Below are positions 61,930 through 64,000 of a stretch of DNA of 64,000 nt, one piece after another. The notes under the pieces are model-generated. The model was not told the DNA's origin and searched no databases. It worked only from the letters and a program-made list of their open reading frames with translations. Within the stretch, counting starts at the first letter, position 1. Each line of letters opens with the position of its first letter. Origin of the DNA: Azolla caroliniana (Eukaryota; Plantae; Polypodiophyta); NCBI GenBank assembly GCA_043228905.1, contig JBHGNT010000006.1:10788001-10852000 (forward strand), written 5' to 3'. A program made the translations under genes and the position numbers.

Positions 61930-63449
61930 ACGGAAAACCGCGACACCGTTGTCTGTCCGGACAACCTTCAACTTTCGACTAGATTCCCTTTCAGTCCTGG
62001 CCTGAAACTCTTTGAAGACCGACAACACCTTATCTTTCGACTTTAGCACAAAAGCCCACAACTTTCTACTGTAGTCGTCGATGAATGTCACAAACTATTA
62101 TCCACCACGATGCGATGAAGCATCCACGTAGCACACATCCGTGTGGACCAATTCTAGTGCACATTCTCTCTTCTTTGGTGGTCTTGAGTGGAATGTTGCT
62201 CTGTTTTGCTTTCCGACCAAGTAGTCGACACACTTCTCCAAGTGCACTCCTTCCACTTCTGGAAAGAGTTTCTGGTTGGCTAGGATATGTATTCCCGTCT
62301 CCCTCATATGGCCAAGACTCTTATGCCATATCTCTCCACTAGAGTTGGAAACCACATTTGCTTTATCCTTGCACAACTCGGCTAGCATCATATACAATGT
62401 GCCTTGTTTCTGTGCTCGGGCCACTATGACGTTCCCCCTATTGAGAATTGAGGCCGTTAGTGCGGAAACATAAACAACATCTTACGATGAAGATCACTAG
62501 GTTAGCATGTGTAAGCAAGATCACCAGCCTTCAACTTTCGACCGGATTCCCTTTTAGCCCTGGCCTGAAATTCTTTGAAGACTGACAACACTTGATCTTT
62601 CGACTTTAGCACGAAAGCCCACAACTTTCTACTGTAGTTGTCGATGAATGTCACAAACTATTATCCACCACGATGCAATGAAGCATCCACGTAGCACACA
62701 TCCATGTGGACCAATTCTAGTTCACATTCTCTCCTCTTTGGTGGTCTTGAGTGGAATGTTACTCTGTTCTACTTTGCGACCAACTAGTCGACACACTTCT
62801 CCGAGTGCACTCCTTTCACTTTTGGAAAGAGTTTCTGGTCGACTAGGCTATGCATTCCCGTCTCGCTCATATGGCCAAGACTATTATGCCATATCTCTCC
62901 ACTAGAGTCGACAACCACATTTGCTTTATCCTTGCACAACTCGGCTTGCATCATATACAATGTGCTTTGTATCTGTGCTTGGGCCACTATGACATTCCCC
63001 CTATTGAGAATTGAGGTCGTCAGTGCAGAAACATAAACCACATCTTACGATGAAGATCACGAGGTTAGCATGTGTAAGCAAGATCAACTGCCTTCAACTT
63101 TCAACCGAATTCCATTTTAGCCTTGGCTTGAAATTCTTTGAAGATTGACAACACCTTATCCTTCGACTTTAGCACGAAAGCCCACAACTTTCTAACTGTA
63201 GTCGTCGATGAATGTCACAAAGTATTATCCACCACGATGTGATGAAGCATCCACGTAGCACACATCCATGTGGACCAATTCCAGTGCACATTCTCTCCTG
63301 TTTGGTGGTCTTGAGTGGAATGTTGCTCTGTTCTGCTTTCCGACCAAGTAGTCGACACACTTCTCCAAGTGCACTCCTTTCACTTTTGGAAAGAGTTTCT
63401 GGTCGGCTAGGATATGCATTCCCCTCTCACTCATATGGCCAAGACTATT
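61930..63449 (-). repeat. About 563-bp tandem triplication of a Copia pre-integrase/integrase fragment
   Basis: Equivalent antisense ORFs start at 62085, 62648 and 63212; WH.SLGHM and LELVHTDVC motifs repeat. Confidence 0.9.
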
Positions 63450-64000
63450 TGTTGTTGGGGTGGGGGGGTGAAGCCTAGAATGGGTTCACCCCCCTTCCCA
63501 AGGGGATTACAATAGAGAGAGCTAAGGAGAGTGAAAATACAAGATGACACCAAAAATGAGGGGAAAAAGCTATGTTCATTACATGCCTCATAAGGGGTTT
63601 ATATAATACAAAATGCAACAGTAAATAATAACCGTTACAAAAGAGACGACCGTTACACTCTTGTCACATGCACATAATTGTGCATGTGCTCACACATACT
63701 CATCTTCACACACTCATATAGATATTACACATACCGAACAACCCCTTCAATGTGTTTTACCCTTATGCCGCCCCATACAAATCCTACGGGTAACACATGG
63801 CACGCTTGTGGGAGAGTGCATCGCACGGTGAACCCACTGGCCATGGCAACTATTAACGACCGAAACTCCATCGGTTGTCTCAATGGTCGGAAATCCATCA
63901 ACCGGATCATAGCTCTACGATCGGAGCATTGCTTGACTCGAACCTTCTCATTCGGTCAGCATAGCATGTCGCTCAATTGGATCACACACCAATTGGCTCC
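63450..64000 (-). mobile_element. 3' LTR (about 63450-63740), PPT and 3' internal region of another LTR element
   Basis: TGTT...AACA ends followed by accccttc (PPT on the minus strand). Confidence 0.7.

Overview
Eukaryotic, plant-type heterochromatin with no host genes. About 17 nested, mostly degenerate LTR retrotransposons (Ty1/Copia and Ty3/Gypsy) fill the window. Tcn1-like chromoviruses point to a non-seed land plant (inference). The main finding is an endonuclease-deficient Penelope-like retroelement (PLE) with Pro-rich ORF1, RT and a minimal hammerhead ribozyme. It lies antisense inside the 5' LTR of a Copia element. It is bounded by a 44-bp duplication of the LTR terminus and carries the Copia PPT on its inner side, which suggests it was integrated as a passenger by Copia integrase. 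Also notable: a three-LTR Gypsy with pol before gag, split at the gag/pol boundary; outward-facing tRNA-like Pol III modules in the U3 of three Gypsy families; and Tf1-like self-priming PBSs. Coordinates were read by eye and may be off by a few bases.
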